A stretch of DNA of 63,899 bases, the filler included, from Collodictyon triciliatum (taxonomy: Eukaryota): assembly GCA_043381765.1 (NCBI GenBank). It is 10 parts of 10 records of this genome, joined end to end, with 100 filler letters (N's around TTAATTAATTAA, not from the genome) between each part and the next. Parts side by side here need not be neighbours in the genome. Positions count along the whole stretch, not along the records: positions 1 to 6,508 come from JBHJMP010004410.1; positions 6,609 to 13,120 come from JBHJMP010004411.1; positions 13,221 to 19,731 come from JBHJMP010004412.1; 7 more parts are not named here. One strand, 5' to 3'. The notes under the pieces are model-generated. The model was not told where the DNA came from. It saw nothing but the letters and a program-made list of their open reading frames with translations, and ran no database searches. Positions 1 to 14,353 of this stretch are shown in pieces; the first letter of the stretch is position 1, and each line of letters opens with the position of its first letter. The translations under genes and the position numbers were made by a program.

Positions 1-3100
<3,100 letters not shown>

Positions 3101-3691
3101 AAAAGTGGGAGCTCTTCGTGATTATTGTCTACTTTTATCCAGTATCATAAATGCAAGTAGTAAAAATAAACGTGGGATGTGATGGGGTAATTCAAGTGTA
3201 TTTGAATAATTTTCCCCCTGATTCTATGGTTTATGTCTTCCCGTATCAATATAAAAGCTATACCACAATGTTATCATGTTTGCTAGAAAATATTGAGAAT
3301 ATTTGTTTTGCTTTACTCCTTTTATTGTTTGTTTGTTTGATTTGTTTTTTGCGTGAAAAGTAAATATATTTAGTTTATGTGACAATAACACAAGCAAACC
3401 ATGCATGTAATCAAATAAAACATGGGGAGAAAATCGTCAGGGTAGATGCATACAGATAGAAAAAAGACAAGCAAACGAACAAAACCATATTTTCTAGCAG
3501 GAAAACTATCATATCCAATCAGGCATATGGTTTGTGGTAGCGGTGAAGGGGTATTCATTTTTGTGTATATCAGACCCCGCTAAGGGATTTCATTTTAGAT
3601 TGTGTGATACCATTACACTGATGAAGCATGGCGCGAAAGAAGTATTTATCATGGACATAGCCCATAAGGTCGAAAAGAAATGGGTGCCAGC

Positions 3692-5301
3692 CTAGAATGC
3701 AGGGCTGCGGTGGGATGTTGCTTTGTCAAACTTGTTTTCCAGGGCGAAGCGGTAGCGGACATCACCAGCACGAACGCGCTCGAGGGCAGTATTGATGTTT
3801 TGGATGGGCAGAACTCCAATCCAAGGACTGGCGTTGTACTTGGCAGCAAGTTGCAACATTTCTTTGATTTCGAAAGTGGAGCCGATGACGCTGCCACACA
3901 GGCCGACTTGGCTCATGATAAGATTGAAGGGCGCGATTTTGATGGTTCTTCAGGGAGACCAACCACAACCATTTTTCTGTGAGTGTGGAGAAGTGACAGA
4001 CACCCGCCTTAGTTAATGTCGTTGCTGTTGGTTGTCACAAGGATAACATCCCACTAACAAATTCTGATTGTAAAACAAAGTTCACTTTCTTTATTTTAGC
4101 AATAGATAAGCGTATATAAACGGATTTTTGTGTTTGATTCGCATACGGTCTTTGCAGCAGCGGTGATTTCGGCAGGGTTGCTACTGTTGGTGAAGTGATG
4201 CGCTCCAAGCTTGATGGCTTCCTCTTTCGTTTTCTCTGAGTGAGAATTGGCGGTTACTTCGCCTCCTAGGGTCTGCATTTTTCTTTGTTTTAAATATATA
4301 AACACATGAATCCTCTTTAAAGTGATATACGCCGTGAAGTTATTTTATTTTGTAACATAAATATCATAGTGAAAACAAACCTTGGCAAACTGAATTCCCA
4401 AATGCCCATGTCCTCCGATACTAATGATTCCCACCTTGATTCCGTTGCTTGCACCGTGGCTGTTTATGAGAAAAAAAAACGTAAAAATAAAGCGCTTCGT
4501 TTATTGTATCAAGAAATTGTGTAACTTAGGTATCTGTGAGTCTAAATGATGTCCCTACCGTCTCGGGGCAGTGGAAACTGTGATTCCAACGCATAGAAGA
4601 GGAGCAGCAACATCAGAAGGGATACTCTCTGAGATGGTGAAGGCGAATTCGGACAAGAGACGGATGCGGTCGGCATATCCGCCCCTTGAGAGCTCACCGT
4701 CAGCGTAGGGTATATTGTAGGTGAAGACTTTCTTTGGGCAGTATTGATTATCCTATGCTGCACTCATAAAAATCGGGCTTCAGACAGGCAAAACACTGAC
4801 GCCCACACCCACCCGATCTCTTACCTTGAATGAAGGTCGATATTGATGAGAAGTGAGCGCAAGACTACGTAACATGCAAAGCTTTACATGGATGGCATAT
4901 ATTTCATGAGACTTACCATCAAGTTCGTCATGTTATAACCTGCGGCAACAACCTCGCCGATAACCTCATGTCCAACAACCACAGGATAGACTGACCTCTT
5001 CCAGCCTTTATCGATGGTATGGGTATCTGTAAAGTTGTGGATAATACGGATAAGTGGAGCAACAACATCAGAGTCTATGGCGCGGCGTTGCTTCTCATCA
5101 CAAGCTGAGCTTTACAACTTGTTGCAGCCTCTGTGTGTTTGTGACAAAGGTCACTCACCCGACCGCAGATTCCGCAGTGGGTGATTTTGATCTCAAAGTC
5201 GCGCGGGCCAAGGATGCAGGATGATATGTCTATGGCTCAAGAGCTGCTCCGGAACTCAACGCAGCATAGGAGTGGAATGTAACGCTGGTGTCAACGGCCA
5301 T
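3692..5301 (-). pseudogene. NADP-dependent zinc alcohol dehydrogenase (cinnamyl ADH/Adh6-like), disrupted
   Basis: Motifs EIKITHCGICG, YPVVVGHEVIGEVV, GGYADRIR, AAPLLCVGIT and GDVRYRF; in-frame TAG at 5230-5232 and frameshifts near 5210, 4800 and 4750. Confidence 0.8.
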
Positions 5302-6508
5302 ATGGCTGCTTTTTATATGGGATAGAAGCGGGGTAAGTTGAAAGAAAATAAAACAATACTGATGGGCATTATCATTGGCGTGCTGGGTTAAGAAATCATC
5401 CCCAAGATGCTCTGACAAGGTTGAGGCAGGGGGATGAAAAATAAATAATGGTTATTTAGATTGTGGTTTTTAAATATTCTCGTCACTTTATTGTTTTTCT
5501 TTTTTCTTTTACAGTTGGTTTGTTGTTGATAGGTTAATTCATTGAGAAAACAGAGATATGTCACGCGTGGTGCTCGGCAAAGCAATCTACTTATCGTTCA
5601 GATTTGATAAGGAAATATCTTACCTCATCAATCTTCCGTCTTCTATCAAACCGAACGCCTATTTGTATGTTCCTCAAGCAGGGCATACGTTTTTTTATAT
5701 GTCCTGTTAAATCCCAGCCGGCAATGGCGAAGCACATTCGAAACGCATTAGGTGAAGTCCCTTTGGCGAGGTGGCAGGCAGGATGACATGTGGGCCCTAT
5801 TGGGTCAAAGGTATCCAAGAAGCCTCTGGAAGCTTTCACCTTCAGTGCAACCTTTATTGGAAAATACCACCTGTATTTTATATTCCTCCATAATCTAATC
5901 ATCCTTTATGTCACGCTGGGAATGTCTTTTCAACTTTGGTTTTTTTTTTTTAGATTTTAAATTGAGTTGCCACATGAAAGTAACCAAAGACACTCCATCA
6001 CTCTGTGCCTCATTTACTTGAGTATCAAGGCAGCCATTGTTACTTATCCGAAACGATACTCCAAAGCGAAGGCATCAAAAGAACCAGCGCCCACCAAGGA
6101 TAGCCCGTTTACCCTCCCCCAGCCCGTTGCACCGAGAACCAAGGGGCAAGAGCAAATACCACAAGTCGAATCCGAGCTTAGAAACTTCACACACCAATGA
6201 CAGTCCGAGCAAGCAGAAGTGTATGTTTCTAAACCCACAAACGCTTAGCCATACACCGGTTAGGCGAAGTCCACTGCCAAATGCGCATGGTTCTGAAACC
6301 AGGGGACGGTCAAGCGCCACTTCCGTGAATACCAGACAAACAACGACATATCGCGTTCTGTTTGAGTCTCCCAGCAAGAAACGTAAGGAAAGTGACCCGT
6401 TGTCCCCTCAAAAGACTCATCCTGTGGAATGAAATAGGATGTACAGCTTGTCTGAGATAGATGGTTGAAAGGTCTTGTTGGAATCGATTCTTGAAGTAAC
6501 AGCCATGC

Positions 6509-6608
6509 NNNNNNNNNNNNNNNNNNNNNNNNNNNNNNNNNNNNNNNNNNNNTTAATTAATTAANNNNNNNNNNNNNNNNNNNNNNNNNNNNNNNNNNNN
6601 NNNNNNNN
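6509..6608. other. Artificial contig spacer (44N-TTAATTAATTAA-44N); also at 13121, 19732, 26342, 32950, 39559, 46164, 52768 and 59328
   Basis: Identical 100-bp linker with six-frame stops recurring about every 6.6 kb. Confidence 0.97.
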
Positions 6609-9600
6609 GATATTTCTGAAGGTAGTGATGACAACTGATTTTGAGAGACATCAAGGCGAGTTAAAACCGTCAGGTGTGATATTTGAGCAGGTACTGATGA
6701 TATCTGTAAATCATAGTAAATGAGCAGAATGGAAGTATGAATGAGGTTGATTCAAATGTAAGTATGAAATTAAATACTTATATGTGCATATTAAAAAAAT
6801 TAATAAATGAAATGAAAAAAAAAAAAACACAAGCGGAAAACCTTATTTTTTGATAAGTCCAGATATACTAGGTTTGCAAGAGCGAAACATGACTCCGGGA
6901 AAGATACAAGCTGTAAAAAGGAGGTGAGTTACAATATGGTTAATAATAAAATGTGTTGGTGGCTTTTTATACATATATTATTTATTTATGTGAATGTTAC
7001 TAGGTTTGAATGGACGTAGAGTTTCTTTAGCCCAACTAAATGCTTGAGCCAATCATGAATCTGGGAGAGCTTCATATCGCCCATCCACAGCGAGGTTGCA
7101 TGTTGGATTCCATGACTATAAGGGATGTACCACACATTCATATATTGAATTTCTTCCAATTCTTGAAGGGTACCGGAGCTTAACGGATGTTTAGGAGACT
7201 CAATCTCATTTGGATGCAGGTGGTCGTTTATGAATTGGGATGCAAACGATAGTTCTTGCTCAGAGATTGAGTGGGTCGCATGGATATCAGGCAGGTCAAG
7301 CTTGGATATTGTGCTTCCATCAAGCTTCAGAGCTTTCACTTTCCCAAGCAGTCTTTCCGACAATTCGTCTTTCTTTTTCTGCAGATGAGTCACTAATTGG
7401 TTGTAAGTTAACTCTTCAACGATTTTCTTTGGAGTTTTGGAATTGCTACTAGTGTCTTCCTCTTTCGACAGTTCTACAAATGCAGAAATGTCATCTGGCG
7501 ATATGTGATACATGTCAACCATCGTGCTTTCATCCAGTTTGTCTTGAATTTCTTGGAAACTTATCCAGCCCATTTGATTTGAAATTGTATCGCTTAGTTT
7601 TATAAAGCCATACTCTCGAAGCCACTCCACAAATTCACCCTTGTACATATCAGCCAAAGGAGCATATTTAATTGGAAGCAATTTGTTCATCATCTTTTGA
7701 GGAAGCTTCTGCTCATTTGATTTCAATTCATCCAAGTATACACAAACTTGATTCAGAGAAGGTCGGAGCTTGTAGTTTTGCCTCCAGCACGCTCTGATAA
7801 GATGATTAAACTCACGAGCAGTTTCTTTCGGTATTTCGGGTCGTAATCCCCTGATGACAAAACTCTGCGTTTGTATTTCATTCTGGAAAGGCTCGATACC
7901 AGAGAACATGTACCAAACGAGCATTCCCAAAGCATACACGTTACTTGATTCTCCTCGGTGCCCCTGATTCACTCCATCCTCACCATACATTTCTGGGTTA
8001 TCATTATAAAACGGTTCACAAGAAACTTCATGGATTTCTGGTGCTTGCCAATTATCAGTTCCGCCTTGCTTGTTCTCACCAAATCTCGTCGGTAAGTTTG
8101 ACCCGACTTTTTCAACATCACGAAGGCTCACTATCCCAAAATCTACAATTTTTACTGTTGTTTCACCCACAATCATAACGTTATCGGCCTTCAAATCTTC
8201 GTGATACAGGTGTTTGGAATGCATGAAAATAAGACCTTGACACAATTGCTTTGTGTAAGAAATAATTTGAGGTAATGTTGGCTTGATATTTTTCTTCTCC
8301 AACATCGTTTTCAACGAAATACCTGCGTTCTCCATAATCATGTAAAAGTCATCTTCTTTACGATAAACACCAAATAATTTGACTATATTTTCACATTCTT
8401 TGCATTCATGCAGAAACTTGCTTTCAAAAATGAGCGATTGAATCACCTCACTGAGGGTCTGTTGCTTGCTCTTCTGCATAGTTTGGATTTTCACCACAGC
8501 ACTTTTTTCTTCGAGCATTGTTGTATAAACTCGCCCATACGCCCCCTTTGCGAGATAACCTGATAGCTCTATTTTTTCTTGAATCCATTGGTCTATTAAT
8601 TCTCGGTCGATTGAATCCAGCTCAAGAGTTGCTTCAGCAGATTGTGACGTCTTTTTCTTTTTCTCTCTCACCACAGAAGTAAATCTCTTTGAAATCCCTT
8701 TTTTCAAGTATTAAATGATTTACTAGTTTTCGATAACATTTAATCAAATTCCTATTAAGTTAAAAATTAACATTTTTTGATTATATTTATTAAAAAAAAA
8801 CCTTGTTCCAGATAGACGCGCCCTTGCTTTACTGCACTTGCTTCTAGTTGATGGCTCTGGTTACACACTTTCAATTCTGATTCATCTATCTTTGCCGAAG
8901 TTTGAATATAACCGTCTAATCCACGACGTTGACATTCAGGGCATTCAAAACGATATGCTTCCACAAAATTTGGTCGAATTGATGATATTTGTTTGATGAA
9001 AGTTGAAAGAATGTCAAAAATCCTGACGAATCTATCACCATCAATTTCGTTTTCATATTTTCTAATCTTGACTGAAATATTCTTTTGATGGATTTGGTAC
9101 AAAATAATCAAACCGTCTCCAGGAAGTAGTTGAATTTCATCCGTTCCTGTTTTGTAGGAAGCATTCAGATGTATGAACGCTACATCTCTGAAAAATTGGT
9201 CGTCATACTGAACTCCAGCTTGTGCCTCTTTTGTCAAACGAAGCGCTTGTATGACGACGTTGCTTTTATCAGAGAGCTGGATTTCACCATTGGTGATTAT
9301 TTTTACAGATGTTTCAGCGATGCAGTTTGACTCTGGTTTATCATTCCATAATGCTTTGAGATTTTGGCAATCTTCCATCAGTGAGGGAAAGGCGATGCAT
9401 TCTCTGTTGAATTGAATCCCAAGGCCGAAATGGTCAAAGATTCGAAGAATTGTATTGAACACATGTTCATCTAGTTCTGCATTCAGTTCTTGTTTGATTT
9501 GATCTTTTAGCTTGCCCAACAAAATGATGCCATACGTGTCCTTCCCGATGCCTTTGAAGCTGAAGACACAGCGAAAAATGTTGATGAGAAAGAGCGGGTC

Positions 9601-12600
9601 TAAAAAAATAATGTCTTTGATATATTCAAGTGATGAATACCAAACGACCGAGCCAAGGTCGTGGAGGAATTTGAGAGCACTTTCACACCCATTTCTGTCC
9701 ATACCCAGCTGCTTCTCGGCAAAATCGTAAGTGTCTTGAATTCGTTCGTACTTTGATACTTGGCCTTTTGAATCCAGATAATCTTTCAGCCCGATGTATG
9801 TTTTTGGAATGTCCTTGTTCATGTTATCAAGCCTCATCATCCCTTTATATATTTCTCCCTTCAAACTCGATATTTTTGTTCCACTCTTGTTGCTTACTCT
9901 TAACTCTGTATTGATGAAGATGTGGCGAGCCTTTTCATCCAGTTTCTGCTCATTTACTTTTTTAATTCGAGTGATTTCTTCCATCATTTCTTGCTTATAG
10001 ACCCGGCTTTGACAATCTTTGTGAGTCCCAGCGATTACAATTTTCGAGCCGGGTGCAAACTCATCAAGCATTTTGACCCAGCGGCTGAGATTGTTCCTCT
10101 CCTTGTCTTGGTCGAGTCTGTAAAGGATTAAAACAAGGGCGCCTGATGACAAAAAGAACGGGTGTGTTACTTGGAATTCTTCTTGTCCTCCAAAGTCCCA
10201 AATTCGCACGGATATCTTTGTCTTGAAAAATCCACCCATCATCGACTCATCGATATCAACGTGGGCAATACCATCAGTTGCAATCCTTGGCTGGTCTGTC
10301 ATGTTCTTGAAAAACATTTTTTTTTGGGTTATTGATTTAGTGAGGGTTGTTTTTCCTGCCTCCCCCTCGCCCAATAGTAGGAGTCTTCCTTGGGTCCATT
10401 TTACAACACCCTTCATGGAGTTTGATAGGAAATCAAAGATAGCCTCAGACCCATTTCTGATGACGTTCTCTGGGATATTTTTGATAGGATTTCCTTGGAT
10501 ATTCAGTCCACCTCGAAGGCCTCTAAGCTTGGCGATGAATGGATGTATAACTCCGATCTGTTTGTGTAATTAATGTTTTCTTTAATTTTTTTATTTTTGA
10601 GTAATTCGGCCATACAACTAAATTGAAAAATCCCATGGAGGATTTAAATAGAAAAGTGGTTGACCTTGTTGTTGGATATGTCCAGTTTTTGAAGATTTAC
10701 AAGGTTTGCTATGACATCTGGGATGTGTGAAATCTGGATTTGTACGATAGGTGAGTTTAAACGGGTATTTGATTACTATATTTGCACAATGTTTCATTCT
10801 TTAGTTGTTGTTTTTTTTTTTTTTACATGTCTGTTGTGTAGCTTTATAACCTGATTTCCAGAAATATTGAGGGTCACGATAAGTGTTATTGTACAGATGA
10901 TTGTGGGGAATGCGTCGAACTAAAATCCCCGCGTATTTCTCAGTTAATTAAGTAGAATGTATGCTAGGCTGTTTTAATTGTGTTTTTTTTTAATATGTTC
11001 AATATATATGTGTATGTGTGTACTTTATTGTCGCTGATGCTTAGATTTGTGAGATTGGTCAAGTTGGATATGTTTGCAGGCAGGATGGAGAGACCCATTC
11101 CGTAAAAGTTAAGTGATTGGAAGCCGACTTGTCTCGCATTTGGAATCCAGCCCTCTATCATCATATCTCCCTCCTTTTTTTTTTATTTCTCAGTTTCTTT
11201 AATTTGTGAACAGTCTCATTTTTATTGCTTTATTTATGTTTTCTGATAAAAAAAAAGAAGGAAGATACTCACAGCGGTTTCATATAGCTGAAGTTTTTTG
11301 AGGGCATCTGCAACGCTCATCGTGCCTGATGAAGGTTTTTCCGTGTTCCTATAACACGGAAGGATTGAAATGCCTCGTGGTGCATTTTTTGTGTTTGTTT
11401 GTCCCCTCCTCTCGATGATGAGCGTCTTTAGGTTTGTGAGTGCCGTGATTTGGGGCGGGAGCTCTTCAATCTGAGTATATTGGCATTAGATGTCAGTATT
11501 TTCTTAATTCAGAATGTATGCATTCTGGACAAACGTAGTGCTGTTTGCATGGTCATCTTCTCCATTGTTGCACCATGTTACTGTGATAATGTCGTCTTTT
11601 TTTAAAAAAAAATAATTGAGGATGAGTGAAAAATTTAAACCTAATCATTCGAAGCATCGATCATCGCCACGCGGCCGCCATGCAGAAAGGTAATTAGTGC
11701 CAAATCATGTGGACTTTGTTGTTTATCGATCATTGGGATTTATGCTTATTACGGCGATTGATCCACATACCTTGTTCTGGCTGATGTCGATGAAGCTCAG
11801 ATTCACCAGGAGGGAGATGTTGGCTGGAAGCAAGGAGATGTTTCTTCCGGTGAAATTCAGCGAGTGGAGCTGGATATATGCCTCGCTTGGTGTCCATTCC
11901 GGCTTTATAATTTCGTCTTCCTGTTTTATTCTATGGTTTAGGATACTTTTTTGTTTTATTTTATCTTTCTCTTTATGTGTGCTTACGGGGTCGTAGAGCT
12001 GCAGCTTTCGGATGGCGCCGGCAAAGGTCAGTGTCATCGCACTGTATTCCTCTGTGTTGTTCCACACTGGAAGGGCTGTGATGCCACGTGGTGCTCTCTT
12101 TATGTTAATTCTTCCACTGTGTTCGATCCAGAGCTTCTTCAGATTTGTGAGCGCTGTGATTTGTGGTGGAAGCTCCTCCATCTGCATGTATTGTTGTCAG
12201 TGACTTTATCTTTTCAGCATAAATAAAATAGTAATAATAAATGAAATAAAAACATACCGGGTTCCAATAGACATGAAGTTCAATGAGACCAGTCAAACAC
12301 GATATTTGTGCTGGCAGCAATGACAACTTATTGCCACCAACATAAAACTCAATGAGACCAGTCAAACACGATATTTGTGCAGGCAGCGATGACAACGGAT
12401 TGTGATCAACACTAAGCCATGTGAGACCAGTCAAACAAGATATTTGTGGAGGAAGCAAGGATAACTGATTTTTCCAAAGTTCTAATATTTTCAGACCAGT
12501 CAAACACGATATTTGTGGAGGAAGTGATGACAACTGATTGTCATTAAGGTACAATCTTTTCAGACCAGTCAACAAGAAGACACCACGCGGTACAGATATT

Positions 12601-12707
12601 AGCTCATTCCCTCCTAAGTCTAGATACGTGGAGCTTTTTAAAGAGGCGATGTCGTCTTTCCCGGCGATTTTTCGGACTTCTTCTAAAAGCGCGGCCTCGT
12701 CGGCCAT
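6609..12707 (-). CDS. ROCO family protein: LRR-ROC-COR-kinase-(SAM-like)-LRR, 3' truncated by contig end
   Basis: LRR exons 12707 to ~10500; ROC P-loop GEGEAGKTT, WDFGGQ, GTHKD; COR LKFLHDLGSVVW; kinase GAYGRVY, HEDLKADN, DFG, APE (6986-8707); further LRR exons at 6843-6911 and 6609-6703; short intron ~8801-8699 joins COR and kinase in frame. Confidence 0.88.
12259..12590 (-). repeat. 69-bp tandem coding repeat (23-aa LRR units)
   Basis: Near-identical (g)agaccagtcaaacacgatatttgtg at ~12286, 12355, 12423 and 12493; protein LSxLPxQISCLTGL repeated four times. Confidence 0.9.
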
Positions 12708-13022
12708 CGCGTCAGAAGTGGGGCGGGGGTGGTTTGGACGGGTTCTGGGGGCTGTGTGGGCGGGTGGACTGGGTTGTGTTAGTGCACAGCGGTGTTTATT
12801 TGTTTTGTGACTGCACTTGACAAGTCACTCAGACTGGCGTTGCTAGGGTGAGAGCGGTGCGGTTGTGCACACAGAGAATAGAACGCGCATTGTGAATAAG
12901 TGGTGTGGTAAGGTAGCGAGAAAGAAAGAGCGCAAGGCAGCAGCGATTTTGACGGGACGAAGGTTAAATATCCCACAAAGGCCGGCGAATCTTCCATCCG
13001 AATGAAGATGTGGCCATCTCAA

Positions 13023-13041
13023 TATATAGTGGGCGGATTGG
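13023..13041 (-). promoter_or_regulatory. Putative CCAAT / GC-box / TATA cluster upstream of the ROCO gene
   Basis: Minus strand reads CCAATCCGCCCACTATATA about 320 nt upstream of ATG 12707. Confidence 0.3.
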
Positions 13042-14353
13042 GCTGTGTGTCGCTCGTGTGCGGTGTGTGGCTCGTGTGGTGATTGGGAAGGCAGAACATT
13101 CTCGAATGCTCCAGGTGCGANNNNNNNNNNNNNNNNNNNNNNNNNNNNNNNNNNNNNNNNNNNNTTAATTAATTAANNNNNNNNNNNNNNNNNNNNNNNN
13201 NNNNNNNNNNNNNNNNNNNNAGTGCGAGGATTCTGAAGAGGAACCGAGATTTCCTTCCATGTCATCGTCGCTGTCGCTGTATGCGCGTATCTGCTGTGAG
13301 TCTTGCGGGCTCAGTTGTTGCCTGGCCTTGGCTTCCTTGACTCCGTTGCTGCTTGTCTGCTTGGCAGGTGTATTCTGTTTTGCGGGGTTTTTACTTATCT
13401 TCGTTGTTCGCGGCTGGTGGACGCTCTTTGAGGATTGTACCCTTAGACACTTATCATCTATCAGAAACAAGGAAACGTGATGTTACAAACTAAGATAGGG
13501 AAGTTCTAGACAACGGGCATCGCATGATGTGCCCGGCACTCGACTGCATTTTACCGCATCACTTTAATTTTCCTGTAGGAGCACGTATCACAAAATGGTT
13601 TCAGTACACGTCCGTATGCTACAAGGACTCCATTCCATAATCACATCAGTTTCTGTCAGCAGCCTGTCTTTGTTTCATGCCTCAGCTCCTGATTAGAATG
13701 TATAAGTTGCCGTACAACCACCTCCTTCATAATCCGCTGTCATTCCTCCAGACACTCACTGGCAAGACATGGATTAAGGCGCACAACAAACAAACTCCTT
13801 ATCGGCCTCCAATACACAACGAACGAAACAATCATCCAAATGCTTGTTCGTGTGTCCCTATACGCCATTACAAAAAGTCCTTTCCAAAGAGATCGTGCGA
13901 AAAAGTGCGTGGAATCTCTGTGCATAAATGTATGTTTGTGGGGTAGAAGACATCGACCCTACAACAGCGACTCTAGTAATAATAACTAAAGAAATAGAAT
14001 AGTGTGTATACATCGTGCGCCGTTTTCTCTTTTATCAGTCATGGTAAATTCATCAAAGCTGCGATATGAACGAGTGCAATCAGAAAGGAAATACGGCAAT
14101 GGCATGACGTTGACAAAATAGTGATAAAGAGAGGGGATTATGTATGTTGGTCATTGTTGGATTAAAAAGCAGAATAAAATGTAGAGGAAGTTTGAAATGA
14201 CAGGAAAGTAAACATAATGGGAGGGAAAAGATGCACCAAAAGCTTCAAGTGTTTAAAGAGGAAAGTGCGAATAACGGAGGTGGTAAAGCACACCAGAGGC
14301 ATATAACCAAATGATTAGGTTGGAAATGAACCATTTGCGTGGACTTCAGTTTG

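Noticed and set aside
5967-6432. Overlapping 60-130 aa ORFs at the end of contig 1 (similar fragments at 13221-13470, 22430-22800 and 45032-45960)
   Set aside because: May be exons of truncated genes, but there is no recognisable domain or reliable frame
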